Source: Octopus sinensis (lineage: Eukaryota). Taken from it: a DNA stretch of 64,000 nt. A program made the position numbers and the translations under genes. Below the pieces are notes generated by a model. It had not been told where the DNA came from and did not search any database. It saw only the letters and a program-made list of their open reading frames with translations. Position 1 is the first letter of the stretch. Every line of letters begins with the position of its first letter. Shown here piece by piece: positions 62,220 to 64,000 of this stretch. The DNA lies in the NCBI RefSeq assembly GCF_006345805.1, contig NC_043014.1:27838001-27902000 (forward strand), written 5' to 3'.

Positions 62220-64000
62220 GTATGTTTTCTTTGTTATTATTTAATCCTTGATTAGCCCTAATCCACCAAATCTATGATCAAATATGTTGTTGTTGAATGA
62301 ACTTTGCAGGTTGTTATTATTTAATTCTTGATTAGCCCTAATCCACCAAATCTATGATCAAATATGATGTAAACATGACCATTCAGTCTTTTTCCTTGAT
62401 GTAGATATCTACTACATTAATGTTAAACAACCTTCTTCAGCGAGTCCACCTTTTAAGATGGTAAAATTTAATTTGAAGAAAATTTGGTTGTTCTTTCTAG
62501 TGAGATAACTAACTGTATATAAGCTCTCTCATTGGTATGTTTTTGTTGTTGATGTGTGAACTGTTCAGATTTTCTCTAACTGTTATACATAAGGTAAATG
62601 CTTGTCAGCAAGAAGTTGATTACTTTACTTAGAAGAAAATTCAAGTAAGGTTCAAGTTGAATGACTCTTACACTCCTACTTCATGGAGTCCAGTAAGAAT
62701 GTATGATCATGTGCATAATACCAACATGGCCCTCTATTTCTGAAAGGCTTTTCAGTTTGTTGGCATATCTAGTCAATTGAAGAGCAATAAGATGAAACTG
62801 CAATTTGGATAAGCAGTCCCTGTTTCTCAAATAACATAATATATACATGTGTGTGTGTGTGTGTAGATATATATAGATAATGGGTCAGTGATTAGTGTCA
62901 GGCCCACAATCATGAGGTAGTTCGATTCCCAGATCAAGCTGTGTGTTGCGTTCTTGAGCAAGACACTTTACTTCACAATGCTCCAATTTACTCAGCTATA
63001 GAAATGAGTTACAATGTCACTGGTGCCAAGCTGTATTGGGATTTTCTTTTCCCTTGGATAACATTAGTGGTATGGAGAGGAAAGGCTGGTATACATGGAT
63101 GACTGCTGGTCTTCCATAAACAACCTTGCTTGGACTTGTACCTCAGAGGGTGACTTTCTTAGTGCAATCCCATGGGCATTCATGACTGAAGGGGGTCTTT
63201 ATATACAAATATGAGAAAGAGATATTTACTGTAACAATTGCACTCTCTGTTCTAATTTGCTGATTGTGTACCACATACCTGTGATTTATCTGCTAGTCTT
63301 CTCTCCTTACCATTATTCTCCAAATCATCATTTTGTCTGAACACTCTCTTAGGTCTAATATTTAGAAATATTAGAAACAAGACATTGAATTTGTGTGTAG
63401 ATGCATGCAATTTGTATATGTGCATGTTTGTGTGCATGTGTACATGCATGCATCTGTGTATGTACAGATCAGTCTTTTCATTGTTTTTGACTTTAATAAA
63501 TTAGTGAAATTTGTAAACACAATGCCCCGAAACTGATGGCCACATCAACTCTTGTATGAAACTCTGGAAGGGCAAAAGATAAAGTTGACTTTGACAGGAT
63601 TTGAAATCTGAATGTAAAGCAAGGTAACTAAATACTGCAAGCCATTTTCTCTACCATTCCACTAACTCTACCACTCCACTACCCTTATAAACATCATCAT
63701 CATTTAATGTCTGTTTTCCATGCTGGCATGGGTTGGACAGTTTGACAGGAGTTGGAGAGCTGACCAGAATCCAATTGTCTGTTTTGGCATGGTTTCTATA
63801 GCTGGATACCCTGCCTAACACCAACCACTTTACAGTGTGTTGAGTGCTTTCTATAGTTCACCAACATGGGTGCACTTAAGTAGCACTGGCACCTGCAAGA
63901 CAAAGACCTCTCAGCTGGGAGGGGGAGTAGGGGTATGGCCACAAAGGACATGTGTGTATGGATGGCTGCAATTTTACTTAGCTTGATGCGTCTTAAGTAA

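Overview
AT-rich, microsatellite- and transposon-dense animal genomic DNA. The SINE, RTE, Penelope and Helitron families and the single-exon C2H2 gene look like a coleoid cephalopod, probably Octopus (inference from pattern recognition, no database check). Host genes: (1) a 13-finger C2H2 zinc-finger gene on the minus strand (6557-8278); (2) a tandem array of three macrophage migration inhibitory factor (MIF) loci on the plus strand, which the ORF track misses because the exons are short. Copy 1 is complete (38969-39076, 43720-43892, 45719-45782; 114 aa; coding exons 1 and 2 have the human lengths). Copy 2 is a frameshifted exon-1-only remnant (53349-53448). Copy 3 is open through exons 1-2 (58210-58317, 62047-62219), with exon 3 expected just past the window edge. 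(3) A possible bHLH-like pair of exons at 14.5-14.9 kb. Most of the rest is mobile DNA: a full-length RTE LINE with a twin-priming-type 5' inversion, Penelope-like relics, two non-autonomous Helitrons, nested hAT/foldback MITEs, a piggyBac MITE, CsRn1-type Gypsy remnants and many SINEs. Most interesting signals: an inverted pair of minimal hammerhead-ribozyme motifs with a compensatory G3-C8 core (10043-10320), an 8-unit tandem array of tRNA-Trp primer-binding sites (34321-34630), and a loop-less 717-bp palindrome in MIF intron 1 that is present in copies 1 and 2 but absent from copy 3. All calls come from manual reading only.
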